This document shows positions 19,945 through 29,561 of a stretch of 64,000 bases of DNA, in pieces. The notes under the pieces were generated by a model that did not search any database, had not been told where the DNA came from, and saw only the letters and a program-made list of their open reading frames with translations. Made by a program: the position numbers and the translations under genes. This DNA comes from Candidatus Bathyarchaeia archaeon (GTDB taxonomy: Archaea; Thermoproteota; Bathyarchaeia; Bathyarchaeales; Bathycorpusculaceae), in the NCBI GenBank assembly GCA_049970895.1, contig JBMFMB010000001.1:96001-160000 (forward strand), written 5' to 3'. How positions within the stretch are numbered: the stretch's first letter is position 1; every line of letters starts with the position of its first letter.

Positions 19945-20820
19945 ATGGGGATAATAGTTGGCAAAAACACTAAGGCAATAGTTCAAGGCATAACCGGGGC
20001 GCAGGGAAGCTTTCACACAAAATTAATGCTGGAATATGGAACACAAATAGTTGCTGGTGTAACCCCCGGCAAGGGCGGAACAAAAGTCCACAACGTCCCA
20101 GTATACGACACTGTTGAAGAAGCCCTAAAAAACCACCAAGCCGACGCCTCAATAATATTTGTCCCAGCACCCTTCGCAGCAGACGCCGCACTAGAAGCCC
20201 TAGAAAACGGAATAAAAACGGTTGTCATAATTACTGAGCACATTCCAGTGAAAGACGCAATAAATGTTATGACTTATGCCAAACAAGTTAACGCCACAAT
20301 AATAGGGCCAAACACTCCTGGAATAATAACGCCTGGAGAATGCAAGCTCGGGATAATGCCAGCCCACATCTTCAAGCCCGGAAGCATAGGCATGGTTTCA
20401 AGAAGCGGAACACTAACATATGAAATAGCCGCCGGTTTAACTAGAAAACAGCTGGGTCAATCCACATGCATTGGCTTGGGCGGAGACCCAATAGTCGGCT
20501 TAAACTTCATAGAAGCCCTAAAACTTTTTGAAAAGGACCCACAAACAGAAGGCATAGCCCTAATAGGCGAAATAGGCGGAAACCTAGAAGAACTCACAGC
20601 GGAATACATAGCCAAAGAAAAGTATCCAAAACCAGTCGTAGCCTTCATAGCTGGACGCTCAGCCCCACCTGGAAAACGCATGGGACACGCAGGCGCAATA
20701 ATAATGGGAAAGGCCGGAACAGCTGAAAGCAAAATAGAAGCCTTCAGAAAGGCTGGCGTTGAAGTGGCTGAAAAACCAAGCGAAGTAGCCATGCTGTTGG
20801 AAAAACTGATAAAACGTTAG
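19945..20820 (+). CDS. sucD: Succinate--CoA ligase alpha subunit
   Basis: [30 protein letters not shown]. Confidence 0.95.
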   Translation: MGIIVGKNTKAIVQGITGAQGSFHTKLMLEYGTQIVAGVTPGKGGTKVHNVPVYDTVEEALKNHQADASIIFVPAPFAADAALEALENGIKTVVIITEHIPVKDAINVMTYAKQVNATIIGPNTPGIITPGECKLGIMPAHIFKPGSIGMVSRSGTLTYEIAAGLTRKQLGQSTCIGLGGDPIVGLNFIEALKLFEKDPQTEGIALIGEIGGNLEELTAEYIAKEKYPKPVVAFIAGRSAPPGKRMGHAGAIIMGKAGTAESKIEAFRKAGVEVAEKPSEVAMLLEKLIKR

Positions 20821-20910
20821 TTTACCAATACAAAATCGACATGAAGGCAAAAAGTATATTTGGACGCAAATTCTGTTTGTTTAGCTACAAAGAGGACCAA
20901 GTGAAGCAAA

Positions 20911-21072
20911 ATGCCAATAATGGATCCTTTCAAAAAAACTTTGGCTCAGCAGCGTAGGCTTTACGTGAAAATCTGCAGAGAGTGCGGCGCACGAAACGCC
21001 ACAACAGCAACTAAATGTCGTAAATGCCACAGCAAAAACCTCAGATGGAAAAAGCGAGAAATAATCAAGTAA
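20911..21072 (+). CDS. rpl40e: Ribosomal protein eL40
   Basis: Hand translation MPIMDPFKKTLAQQRRLYVKICRECGARNATTATKCRKCHSKNLRWKKREIIK*. Confidence 0.93.
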   Translation: MPIMDPFKKTLAQQRRLYVKICRECGARNATTATKCRKCHSKNLRWKKREIIK

Positions 21073-21180
21073 CATTACCTTTACAATTTTCCAACAAATT
21101 TCACTTGCAATTTACAAAAATAATGGGTAAAAATTATATAACACTAAATTGCTCATCTAATTGTTAATTTGAGGTGTAAA

Positions 21181-21237
21181 TTGTTGGCTTGCAAGAAGAA
21201 GACAACTAAGAAGAAGGCTAAAGAGGAAAAGAAGTAG
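21181..21237 (+). CDS. Putative 18-aa Lys-rich micro-protein
   Basis: TATA-like AAATTATATAA at ~21131, SD GAGGTG at 21171-21176, ORF MLACKKKTTKKKAKEEKK*, T-rich tract downstream. Confidence 0.5.
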   Translation: MLACKKKTTKKKAKEEKK

Positions 21238-21278
21238 AACCTTTGTCGCCTCGCCCAAAATAACACCAATTTTTCTTT

Positions 21279-21893
21279 TTAGAGAACTTGCATCAAAGTT
21301 TCAATGTTAAAGTAAGTGTTTGCACAGCCATTTCTGAGCAAAGGAACCGCCTGCCCAACAACATTCATTCTGGACAATGCCTCTCCAGCAAGCTTTATCT
21401 CCTCACCACAAGCAACACCAACGACACCATCATAGCGCTTAAGCCTCAAAATCTTATAAACACATGAACCGCCAGGTATTACGTAAACGTCGTACCCCTT
21501 TTCCTCAGCCATAGAAACAGCCCTATTAATTAGGCAGTCAGAAGAGCAGCGGGCACAAATGTAAGAGGGGATGCTAGGCTCAAATCTAGCCTTGCACCGA
21601 CTATCCATATACTTCCTCGAACAGTGGGGCAAAAACAACGCCCTTCTCTTTGCCTTTCTGAACCTCTCCCTCTCCAGGCGGTTCCTAATTTCCATGTCAA
21701 CAAAGTCTTTTAAAAGCTGAACAGCATCAGACAAATTTAACCCTGTTGCCTCCTGAATCCTGAACTTCTTAATGATGTCTTGTAATGCATCACTAATTTT
21801 TTTATGCATCCCTTTTTCATGGACAATTCTAGCTACTTCGGTGAAGAAGAAAAGGGGGACTTTTGAAAGGTCGAATGTGAATTTATATGGCAC
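21279..21893 (-). CDS. DUF116 family protein
   Basis: LFLPHC..., C..C, VYVIPGGS, GVAC..E, PLLRNGC.NT. Start trimmed to the GTG at 21893. Confidence 0.8.
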   Translation of the reverse strand: MPYKFTFDLSKVPLFFFTEVARIVHEKGMHKKISDALQDIIKKFRIQEATGLNLSDAVQLLKDFVDMEIRNRLERERFRKAKRRALFLPHCSRKYMDSRCKARFEPSIPSYICARCSSDCLINRAVSMAEEKGYDVYVIPGGSCVYKILRLKRYDGVVGVACGEEIKLAGEALSRMNVVGQAVPLLRNGCANTYFNIETLMQVL

Positions 21894-21990
21894 AAAGTAA
21901 AAATAGACAGACAAACCTTTAAAGTTAATCATCGCATAAATGGATAAGCAGCCGTAGAGCTTAACAGATGAGCAGTTAAGGAGGAAAATC

Positions 21991-22398
21991 ATGGGTTTAT
22001 TGGATATATTTAAAAGGAAAAAGAAGGAGGAGGCAAAAACCACTAACGTTGAGGTTAAACAGATGACTGAACTTGAAAAACTCTGTGGAGACGACAAAGA
22101 GACATATGAAGCCTTACTTAATACTATGTTCCTTGACCCGAGAAAAATCGGCGTTTCTATGGAGGAGGCAGCAGAAAATGCCAAGAAATTTGAAAAGGAA
22201 AAAGATTTCACAAGGGCAAAAGTGTGGTACCAAATTGCCGGAGGACTAGCAATTTACGGAGGAAACGTCAAAAAAGTTGTTGAATACTTCAGTAAATGTG
22301 AAAAACTCGCCCCCGGCGCGAGTTATCCAATTTTAAAGAATCCAGAAAAGGCTGTGGCTAAGGCTCAGGAATATTACAAAAAGTTTTTGCAGTCCTAA
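21991..22398 (+). CDS. Hypothetical protein (helical, possibly TPR-like)
   Basis: SD GGAGG upstream; 135-aa ORF. Confidence 0.65.
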   Translation: MGLLDIFKRKKKEEAKTTNVEVKQMTELEKLCGDDKETYEALLNTMFLDPRKIGVSMEEAAENAKKFEKEKDFTRAKVWYQIAGGLAIYGGNVKKVVEYFSKCEKLAPGASYPILKNPEKAVAKAQEYYKKFLQS

Positions 22399-22441
22399 AC
22401 TGTAATAGCAGACATTAGTTTCTAATCCGCTCAACTGTTTT

Positions 22442-22858
22442 TTACTTTTCTTCCGTGTAGCCAAGCAACTCTCTTAAAGATTTCACTTCCTCTCGCAACA
22501 TATTCACTTCGCTTTCAAGTGCACTAACCCTTGACTCTGCTGCCTTCTTCAATTTTTCAATTTCAATCATAAGATTTGCACGTTCAGTCTCCAAAGTTTT
22601 TATTTTCTCCCGCAGGTTCTTCAAGGTCTGCATAAGTTCACCCTTTATGACTTTAATTCTTTCAACCATGTTTTTAATACTTACCGTTTCTTCGACTATC
22701 GCTTCAGATTCTATAGTTGCCCTAAACCTTGCTTTGCAGCTGGGACATTCGAAAATTCCCATAACTTTTGGTGCACCTTCTCCAGGTTTCCGCGGAGAAA
22801 TTGTCCAAGTCTTAACTGGGGAAGCGGTTTCTCCCCCACATTTAGGACACTTAACCAA
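22442..22858 (-). CDS. Cren7-like Zn-ribbon domain fused to a coiled coil
   Basis: CPKCG...PVKTWTISPRK...MGIFECPSCKARFR resembles Cren7 ([29 protein letters not shown]); heptad C-terminus. Confidence 0.6.
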   Translation of the reverse strand: MVKCPKCGGETASPVKTWTISPRKPGEGAPKVMGIFECPSCKARFRATIESEAIVEETVSIKNMVERIKVIKGELMQTLKNLREKIKTLETERANLMIEIEKLKKAAESRVSALESEVNMLREEVKSLRELLGYTEEK

Positions 22859-22957
22859 ACTACAACCCTATTATAGGTATTGCCTTAGAGACTAAAATGT
22901 GTTTTGCAGCAAATTGGCAATTCGCAGAATCCCAAACCATTTAATTGGTGGTTTAAA

Positions 22958-23269
22958 ATGCGGTTTACCGAAATGAAAGCAAAATTGGAGGAGAAAATTA
23001 AGGCACTAGAAGAGGAAAGGCGCACACTTTTAGAGGAGAGTGACAAACTAAAGGAAGTTTTGGAGTTAAGTGAAAAGGCTAAGACCTTAGAGGCGGAAGT
23101 TAACAAGCTTAAAGAAGAAATCAAGAGTCTACGGGATAAAATTCCCGAGGATATCCTAGAAGAGTTAAGTAAGACTGTTCCAAAAATTCTGGAAAGCAAA
23201 CCAGAAAAAGAAGAGGGCGAGGAATGTTGCCAAGAGGAGAGGAACTTTTCTAAACCCTTCAATGCCTAA
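22958..23269 (+). CDS. Coiled-coil protein, paralogous to the zipper of the divergent neighbour
   Basis: GGTGG SD before ATG at 22958; LEEKIKALEEER...LEAEVNKLKEEIKSLR. Confidence 0.65.
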   Translation: MRFTEMKAKLEEKIKALEEERRTLLEESDKLKEVLELSEKAKTLEAEVNKLKEEIKSLRDKIPEDILEELSKTVPKILESKPEKEEGEECCQEERNFSKPFNA

Positions 23270-23273
23270 AGTC

Positions 23274-24233
23274 CTATAAGCTCATTTGGAATATTAACCG
23301 CTCTACAAGTTCTTTATAACGGTTCCTAATAGTGACCTCTGTCACTTGTGCTATTTCGGCAATTTCCCTCTGGGTTTTCCTCTCCCCCGTGAGCACTGAA
23401 GCTATGTAGCTAGCGGCAGCTGCAATACCGGTTGGACCTCGTCCAGATGTTAGTTTTAGTTCTTTTGCGGCTGCCAAAATTTTGTGGGCTATTTCCTCCA
23501 CTTTGCCTTGCATTGTCAGCTGATTTGAGAATTTAGTTATATACTGGCTTGGTTTAAGGGGCGGAATAAAATAGTTTAATTCCTTTATTAAGAAGCGGTA
23601 GCTACGTCCCACTTCTTTTTTGTTCACGTTGGATGCTTGAGCTATTTCCTCCAAAGTTCTAGGCAAACCACATTGCCTACAAGCCAGATAAATCGCCGCC
23701 GACGTAACCCCTTGAATAGACCTGCCTCTTATGAGCCTCTCCTTAACGGCTTTTCTATAAATTAGGGACGCCGTTTCCAAAATGTTCTTTGGAAGGTTCA
23801 AATTGTTAGCAATTTTTGTTATCTCAGAAAGCGCAAAAGCGAGATTACGTTCAGTGGCGTCTGAAACTCTTATCCGCCTTTGCCACTTTCTAAGGCGGTA
23901 GACCTGGGCTTTTTGACCTGGAGACAAGCCCTTCCCATAAATGTCTCTGTCATGCCAGTCAATCATCGTTGACAAGCCTTTATCATGAATAGTATACGTT
24001 AGGGGGGCGCCAACCCTTGTCCTTTTTGCCCTTTGTTCGTCATCAAAAGCCCGCCATTCGGGTCCCCTATCTGCTATTTTTGCGGCTATGACGTAGCCGC
24101 AGTCCATGCAAACCAGTTCTGCACATTCATAATCGCGCATCAATCTTGTGCTGCCGCATTCGGGGCACACTTGAACTTTAGCCTGCTGAGTGGTTGATGT
24201 TGGGCTTGCATCCCCAACATCTGCATCATCCAT
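23274..24233 (-). CDS. tfb: Transcription initiation factor IIB
   Basis: CPECG...C..CG ribbon, GPEWRAF, RVGAP, two cyclin repeats, [13 protein letters not shown]. Start trimmed to the ATG at 24233. Confidence 0.96.
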   Translation of the reverse strand: MDDADVGDASPTSTTQQAKVQVCPECGSTRLMRDYECAELVCMDCGYVIAAKIADRGPEWRAFDDEQRAKRTRVGAPLTYTIHDKGLSTMIDWHDRDIYGKGLSPGQKAQVYRLRKWQRRIRVSDATERNLAFALSEITKIANNLNLPKNILETASLIYRKAVKERLIRGRSIQGVTSAAIYLACRQCGLPRTLEEIAQASNVNKKEVGRSYRFLIKELNYFIPPLKPSQYITKFSNQLTMQGKVEEIAHKILAAAKELKLTSGRGPTGIAAAASYIASVLTGERKTQREIAEIAQVTEVTIRNRYKELVERLIFQMSL

Positions 24234-24234
24234 T

Positions 24235-24483
24235 CTATTTTCTCTCCTTTCCCTTCTTCGAGGGGAGAACATACAACACCTTGTTAACCAAAACTTCTGG
24301 CTTGGCAATTTTTGGTTTAACAGCCACATATGGCGAGGAGACCGGACCGAAAATGTCGAAGACTTCGCCAATGGGCTTTAAATTTTCGTCGACCACCGTT
24401 TCACCTATCTTTGGAGTGTTTTCAACCTTAACTATAACATTCTTGCTTGGACTTATATGGAGCACTCGACCCAGCCTAATCAA
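24235..24483 (-). CDS. gar1: H/ACA RNP subunit Gar1/Naf1
   Basis: [26 protein letters not shown]; usual gar1-tfb linkage. Confidence 0.88.
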   Translation of the reverse strand: MIRLGRVLHISPSKNVIVKVENTPKIGETVVDENLKPIGEVFDIFGPVSSPYVAVKPKIAKPEVLVNKVLYVLPSKKGKERK

Positions 24484-24642
24484 CCTTTAATATTCCCCTC
24501 GAAAAACAAAAAGGTTCAAACGTGACATGTTATTTAAACCTTTCTACGTTACATCGCGTGTAGAAGAGTTTTCGCCGTGTTCTGTCGAAACATTCATAAA
24601 TAGGTGTTGTTGATTAAACTGTGCATTTGAAGGGTGAGGCTT

Positions 24643-25023
24643 ATGTCCAAACCATTCTACGTAAAATTCGAGGTCCCGAAGGAGGTTGCAGATGCGGCCT
24701 ATGAAGCCCTACAAATAGCCGCAAAAACCGGAACTGTAAGAAAGGGGACAAACGAGACGACTAAAGCTGTTGAAAGGGGACAAGCAAAACTCGTGGTTAT
24801 AGCTGAAGATGTCGACCCACCAGAGGTTGTAGCCCATCTGCCACTCCTCTGCGAAGAAAGAAAAATACCCTACGTTTATGTTCCAAGCAAGGAGAAGCTG
24901 GGAGACGCTGTTGGTATAGATGTTTCAGCAGCCTCAGCATGCATAATCAACGAGGGAGACGCTGGAGGACTCGTCAAAGAGATAATTAAAAGAGTTGAGC
25001 AGATTAGGAAAGGAGCCAAGTAA
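24643..25023 (+). CDS. rpl7ae: Ribosomal protein L7Ae (eL8)
   Basis: [26 protein letters not shown]. Confidence 0.97.
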   Translation: MSKPFYVKFEVPKEVADAAYEALQIAAKTGTVRKGTNETTKAVERGQAKLVVIAEDVDPPEVVAHLPLLCEERKIPYVYVPSKEKLGDAVGIDVSAASACIINEGDAGGLVKEIIKRVEQIRKGAK

Positions 25024-25250
25024 TGAGCAAGGAAAAGGAAGCAGCAGAAGAGGAACTCACACCGGCAGAAGTCATCCAAATAATAGGGAGAACAGGTGTG
25101 ACGGGCGAAATTACCCAAGTGAGAGTCCGAATTTTAGAAGGAAAGGACAAAGGACGAATAATAACACGAAATGTGAAAGGCCCTGTGCGGGTGCAAGACA
25201 TCCTTATGCTTAGGGAGACGGAGAGGGAAGCAAAGAAGATAACAAGATAG
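25023..25250 (+). CDS. rps28e: Ribosomal protein eS28
   Basis: [30 protein letters not shown]. Confidence 0.97.
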   Translation: MSKEKEAAEEELTPAEVIQIIGRTGVTGEITQVRVRILEGKDKGRIITRNVKGPVRVQDILMLRETEREAKKITR

Positions 25251-25278
25251 ACAAGTTGAAGGTTTGGAGGTGCTCCCT

Positions 25279-25476
25279 TTGCCAAAACTTAGGAAATGCT
25301 CATTTTGCGGCAACGAATTTCCACCGGGCACTGGGATGATGTACGTGAAAAATGATGGGACAATTTTCTGGTTCTGTTCAAGCAAATGTAGGAAAAGCTC
25401 CCTAAAACTTAAGAGGGATGCTCGCAAGCTTAAGTGGACGACATATTTTGGTAAGGAAGAAAAGGGTAAAGCCTAG
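25279..25476 (+). CDS. rpl24e: Ribosomal protein eL24
   Basis: CSFCG...PPGTG.MYV..DG....FCSSKC, LKWT; SD GGAGGTG before TTG at 25279. Confidence 0.96.
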   Translation: MPKLRKCSFCGNEFPPGTGMMYVKNDGTIFWFCSSKCRKSSLKLKRDARKLKWTTYFGKEEKGKA

Positions 25477-25477
25477 T

Positions 25478-27004
25478 TTAGCGTCTTAAACCAGTTATTT
25501 TTTCCCATAAAACCTTATTATGGATGCAGCCGATGTCTGGGGCCTTCACATTTCCGTTAAAATAGCTGTATGCTCTTGCACGGCATCCACCACAGATATA
25601 TTTGTCTGGGCAGACTCCGCAGCCAACCTCTTTCCCGTCCACAAGGTAGGTTTCAAGGTTTTCTCTAACCCTCAGCTGCCATAGAAGTGGGTCGTTGTCC
25701 CATATCTCTTCAAAGTTGTCTCTTAATATGTTGCCCAGAACGGTGTTTTTGTTTGTTGGGAAAAAGACGCATGGTTTTATGTCGCCATTTGGTTCAATAG
25801 CACAGTATAGGCGTCCCGCCCCACATCCGCCGAGGAAGTTTGCGACGTTTTCCACACCCTTTTTTGCTGCGTAGTGGGCTTCAACTATGAACTTGTGTCC
25901 CATTTGCTGTGACAGTTCTTTAGTGACGCTAGCGTATTGTGGGCAGGTGCTGAAAAATCTGTCAACTTTAATGTTTGATTTTCCGGTTTTCATTTCCTCT
26001 TCTTTCGCTTGCAAATATAAAGTGATTATTTCCTTGCCTATAGCGTGTAAAACGTGGAGGCGCTGGTCAGGTGTTAAGTCTAGTTCCACATGCTCCTTAG
26101 CCCTTCCTGTTGGGATGTAATTGAAGTGCATGAAGCGTACGCCCAGTTCCTTGGCCAGCTGTAGGATTTTTTCTGTCTCCGCCAAATTGTCTCTGTGAAG
26201 GACTGTTGCGATGCATGTATCTATGCCCTCTTCAACACAGTTTTTCACGCCTTGAATTGCCCTTTCGAAGGCTCCAGGTATGCCCCTAAACTCGTCATGC
26301 ACTGCTGATGATGCGCCATCTATGCTTATTTCCACATAGTCTACTCCAGCGTCCTTAATCTTCTTTGCATTATCCTTGGTCAACAGTGTTCCATTCGAGG
26401 CTATGCTAATATATGGAATGCGTTTTTTAGCGTATGCTGCCAACTCGAAGAAGTCTTTTCTTGTTAGTGGTTCACCTCCGCTGAAGGATAAGGCTGGCAA
26501 GCCGATTCCAGCTATTTTTGAAAGTATGTCTATGGCTTGTTTCGCTTCGTCTGTTGATAGTTCTGGAAGTTTTCCGACACCGGCATCTTCGTAGCAGTGT
26601 TTGCAGCGTAGATTGCATTTGTATGTGAAGTTCCAGACTATTTCGAAGGGGCCTGCTGGTACGAAGGGTATGCGTATACCATATTTTCTGACGCCTCTCA
26701 TCATTAGGCCGAAGCCCTTGAACCAAGCGCCTCCATACTTGTCTTTTACAAACTGTTTTCTCATGAAATCTTTGTCGGCTTTTAGAAGGCGGCTTCCAAT
26801 TTCATAGAATGGTTTGGCTATGTGACGGTTTACGTGCTGGCATGTGGGGCATAGAGAAACGGGTTCTCCGAGGAAATCTTTAAGGGAGTTTAGGAGTAGG
26901 CTCCCATCTACCGGGCATTCTATGTCAAAGCGGCTGATAAGCTCTTTAAGCATCGGGTTTACGGTAACTGAGAATAGGGCATTTTCAACAGCGTCAATTT
27001 GCAT
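25478..27004 (-). CDS. Radical SAM/SPASM domain protein
   Basis: CNLRCKHC, SGGEP, CGAGR, PNGD..PC, C..C.....CGGCRA. Confidence 0.9.
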   Translation of the reverse strand: MQIDAVENALFSVTVNPMLKELISRFDIECPVDGSLLLNSLKDFLGEPVSLCPTCQHVNRHIAKPFYEIGSRLLKADKDFMRKQFVKDKYGGAWFKGFGLMMRGVRKYGIRIPFVPAGPFEIVWNFTYKCNLRCKHCYEDAGVGKLPELSTDEAKQAIDILSKIAGIGLPALSFSGGEPLTRKDFFELAAYAKKRIPYISIASNGTLLTKDNAKKIKDAGVDYVEISIDGASSAVHDEFRGIPGAFERAIQGVKNCVEEGIDTCIATVLHRDNLAETEKILQLAKELGVRFMHFNYIPTGRAKEHVELDLTPDQRLHVLHAIGKEIITLYLQAKEEEMKTGKSNIKVDRFFSTCPQYASVTKELSQQMGHKFIVEAHYAAKKGVENVANFLGGCGAGRLYCAIEPNGDIKPCVFFPTNKNTVLGNILRDNFEEIWDNDPLLWQLRVRENLETYLVDGKEVGCGVCPDKYICGGCRARAYSYFNGNVKAPDIGCIHNKVLWEKITGLRR

Positions 27005-27341
27005 GGTCTCCCACTTATAAGCTATGTATCCAAGCTTATGCCGCTTATAATTTTTCCCCAGCACACATTTTTGCGTGTATATCAGTCCATGATACATTTC
27101 AGGATCGAAAGAACCAATTTAAAGAAATTTATTAAGAGAAGCTCCGACAGACTTTATAGCATGATATCGTTGAAACAAAATGTGGAACTCGTCCTTCAAT
27201 GCGAAACATTAGCAATAAAATGGCTAAGTAGTATTTTCTGATGAAGAGCCCTTTGATGGACTTTTAAATACAACCTGAAAAAGACATTAACCTTAACATA
27301 TCTTTTAAACCATGTTTTGATGATTAACACACTTATAATTT

Positions 27342-27420
27342 TGGTAGCGGGGGGTCGATTTGAACGACCGATCTCTGGGTTATGAGCCCAGCGGGTTAAT
27401 CCTGGCTACCCCACCCCGCT
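27342..27420 (-). tRNA. tRNA-Met(CAT), initiator type, CCA encoded, no intron
   Basis: Reverse complement AGCGGGGTGGGGTAGCCAGG...CTGGGCTCATAACCCAG...GTTCAAATC...CCCCGCTACCA; A1-U72 pair and three G-C pairs in the anticodon stem. Confidence 0.95.
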
Positions 27421-27513
27421 ACTTTTATGCTAAAACAAACTCTCTTAAAACCTTTTAGGAAACCGGAAACCTTTATTATGGCAGTATCCCTAATCCGAGA
27501 GTGGACGTCTATC

Positions 27514-28158
27514 ATGGACAAGCCATATTTCCGCCAAATCTTCACTCCAATGCTTGAGAATCCCATTTTTGTTCAGGGACTGCCGGGATTTGGCAATGTT
27601 GGGAAGATTGCAGCTCATCTTCTGATAAAGTTTTGTGGGGCTAAACCCTTTGCAGAATTGTATGCGCCATACTTCCCAGACTATGTTTCCGTCGACTCTG
27701 GCGGTGTTTGCCGCCTACCAAAATACGAGTTTTACGCGGCGCCGATGGAGAAAAATGACTTTATAATATTGACTGGTGATACGCAGCCTTCTTTCGAGGA
27801 TGTGGTTGCCCACTACGAGTTGTGTGGCGAAATACTGGACTTCGCCATCAAACACAGTTGCAGCCTAATCATTACAATTGGTGGAATCCCAACAGCTGAA
27901 AGCACTTCGCAGGTTTATGTGGCTGCCACCTCACCAAGACTCGCCATGGAATTTATGGAGAAGGGCGCCATACTATACAGCAAGGGAAGAATTGCAGGAG
28001 CCACAGGACTTATGCTTGGAATGGCAAAGGAACAAGGCCTAGACGGTGTATGCCTTCTAGGCGCAACAACGGGTTTTAAGGCTGACCGAGGGGCTGGATT
28101 CTCAGTTTTCAAGTTCTTAATGAAAGCCTTAGGAAACGAAGTTAAGGAAGGGTTATAA
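27514..28158 (+). CDS. PAC2 family (proteasome assembly chaperone-like) protein
   Basis: QGLPGFGNVGKIAA, ILTGDTQ, ITIGG, CLLGAT. Confidence 0.85.
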   Translation: MDKPYFRQIFTPMLENPIFVQGLPGFGNVGKIAAHLLIKFCGAKPFAELYAPYFPDYVSVDSGGVCRLPKYEFYAAPMEKNDFIILTGDTQPSFEDVVAHYELCGEILDFAIKHSCSLIITIGGIPTAESTSQVYVAATSPRLAMEFMEKGAILYSKGRIAGATGLMLGMAKEQGLDGVCLLGATTGFKADRGAGFSVFKFLMKALGNEVKEGL

Positions 28159-28211
28159 GGGAATGCTCCTTTAAATGCTTTATACTTAAGACGGCTGAGG
28201 ACTGATAATGC

Positions 28212-28457
28212 ATGAGCCAAGATAAAAACAAAAGTGAAAAGGAAAAAGCCTTCAGGTTTGATCTAAATACAAGGTTCTGGCGTGTTTCCCTCACATTGCT
28301 TTCCACACTCTTAACCTTCTGCGGACCATACGTGGTTCTTGTGCTCTTTAAAGCCTTAGATTTAAGCTATGCAATCTCAATAGTTTCAGGTTTCATTGTC
28401 TTTTTGGCTGGTTTGGCTCTTATGCTTTTCTTGATTAGGAGGAAGGTGATTTCTTAA
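28212..28457 (+). CDS. Small hypothetical membrane protein
   Basis: Two hydrophobic segments. Confidence 0.6.
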   Translation: MSQDKNKSEKEKAFRFDLNTRFWRVSLTLLSTLLTFCGPYVVLVLFKALDLSYAISIVSGFIVFLAGLALMLFLIRRKVIS

Positions 28458-28467
28458 AGCGTATTGC

Positions 28468-28522
28468 GCCTCAGATACCCCAGGGAGCATCATCCTTTCA
28501 GCTTTTTAGGCTCTTCATCGGC
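28468..28522 (-). ncRNA. Box C/D guide sRNA
   Basis: Reverse complement GCC-G-ATGAAGA(C)-GCCTAAAAAG-CTGA(D')-AAGG-ATGATG(C')-CTCCCTGGGGTAT-CTGA(D)-GGC; terminal stem; intergenic. Confidence 0.75.
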
Positions 28523-28598
28523 AGTAAAGTATGCTGCGAGAGTTGTTAAAAAAATGTTCGGTTGTAGTTTTCCCGTTACGGAGCAAAGCATATAAAGT

Positions 28599-29207
28599 AT
28601 GCTTAAAGATATACTAAGTATGCAAGAAGAAAAGGAAGAACGCATAGAGGAAATCCTAAACAAAGAAAAAGGTTCAGCAAAAAGGACGACAATAATCCTT
28701 GAAAAAGAGGAACGAGAATTCATAGACAAACTGATCCGAGAAGGGAAGGAACCTGGAATAAAACCCCTCATTTCAAAAATGCTTGACGTTTATAGAAGCA
28801 TGATGATTTACGATTGGCGCTTTCCAGGCGAATATTATTGTGGAATAAGCCGCATAGCCTTCCTAAACATAGAACTTGTAAACATTCTAATTCAAAACAT
28901 TCCGAAGGAAAAGTGGAGGGAGATCGGGCGAAAGATGGGTGAGGCAGCGAAAGTTTCCATGGAAGCCACATTGGGCATACAAACATCAAATAAGGAAAAA
29001 TGGCCAGAGGTCTTTAAACGCTTGAGGGTTCAAGGCTTCGGAGACTTCTACCAGAAAGATAAATACCTCATGATAAAAGCTCCGTTTATAAGTGAATCTG
29101 AAATTTGGGCTGGCTTTCTAGAAGGCTTACTAAATGCGGAACTAGATGTGAAAACTTTTACTCCTCCTTTTGTTTTTGAGATTAAACAATCCCAATCAAG
29201 CCAATAG
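28599..29207 (+). CDS. Hypothetical protein (possible RHH + V4R-like regulator)
   Basis: RTTIILEKEEREFID N-terminus; EIGRKMG...GFG...GFLEGLL C-terminus. Confidence 0.55.
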   Translation: MLKDILSMQEEKEERIEEILNKEKGSAKRTTIILEKEEREFIDKLIREGKEPGIKPLISKMLDVYRSMMIYDWRFPGEYYCGISRIAFLNIELVNILIQNIPKEKWREIGRKMGEAAKVSMEATLGIQTSNKEKWPEVFKRLRVQGFGDFYQKDKYLMIKAPFISESEIWAGFLEGLLNAELDVKTFTPPFVFEIKQSQSSQ

Positions 29208-29264
29208 AATATTTGCAGTCCTTGTTAGGAAGGCTTAAATTTTACATTTTTATATTAAAATAGT

Positions 29265-29561
29265 GTGAATACTTTGAAGAAACAGTTTAACGGCCACAGA
29301 ATATGTGATGCTCTAAGCGACCCAACAAGGACGAGAATACTTAGATACCTTTTGCAAGCATACCCCGAAGCCAAAACAATTAATGAAATAGAGAAGGCCC
29401 TTCCAAAACAAGTTTCAGCCACCACAATATCTTTCCACTTGAAAAAGCTCCGCGAGGCTGGATTAATAGTGACTGACGGACATAAAAGGGGGTTTAGAGC
29501 CGCCTATAAAGCGTTAAACATAGGATTTAACAACAATGGCTTCCATGTGGAGGGGAAATAA
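29265..29561 (+). CDS. ArsR-family HTH regulator
   Basis: ALSDPTRTRIL, TISFHLKKLREAGLI. Confidence 0.85.
   Translation: MNTLKKQFNGHRICDALSDPTRTRILRYLLQAYPEAKTINEIEKALPKQVSATTISFHLKKLREAGLIVTDGHKRGFRAAYKALNIGFNNNGFHVEGK

Noticed and set aside
21894-22211. Long N-terminal extensions in the ORF track (DUF116; also tfb, radical SAM, PAC2, GPN, 36614)
   Set aside because: They overlap other genes or promoters; downstream starts fit the family N-termini better.
24190-24235. tfb hairpin as a second BHB intron
   Set aside because: No 4-bp central helix with two 3-nt bulges can be formed, and the frame is intact.
24600-24645. K-turn in the rpl7ae 5' UTR (autoregulation known in Sulfolobus)
   Set aside because: TGA motifs are present, but I could not build convincing flanking stems by eye.
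27235-27285. CTGATGA...GAAA as a hammerhead ribozyme or third C/D sRNA
   Set aside because: No convincing stem II/III. The C/D reading has short guides and poor internal boxes, although it shares GATGAAGAGCC with the 28.5-kb sRNA.
27005-27341. Integrated element at tRNA-iMet
   Set aside because: No duplicated tRNA 3' end or integrase found in the window.
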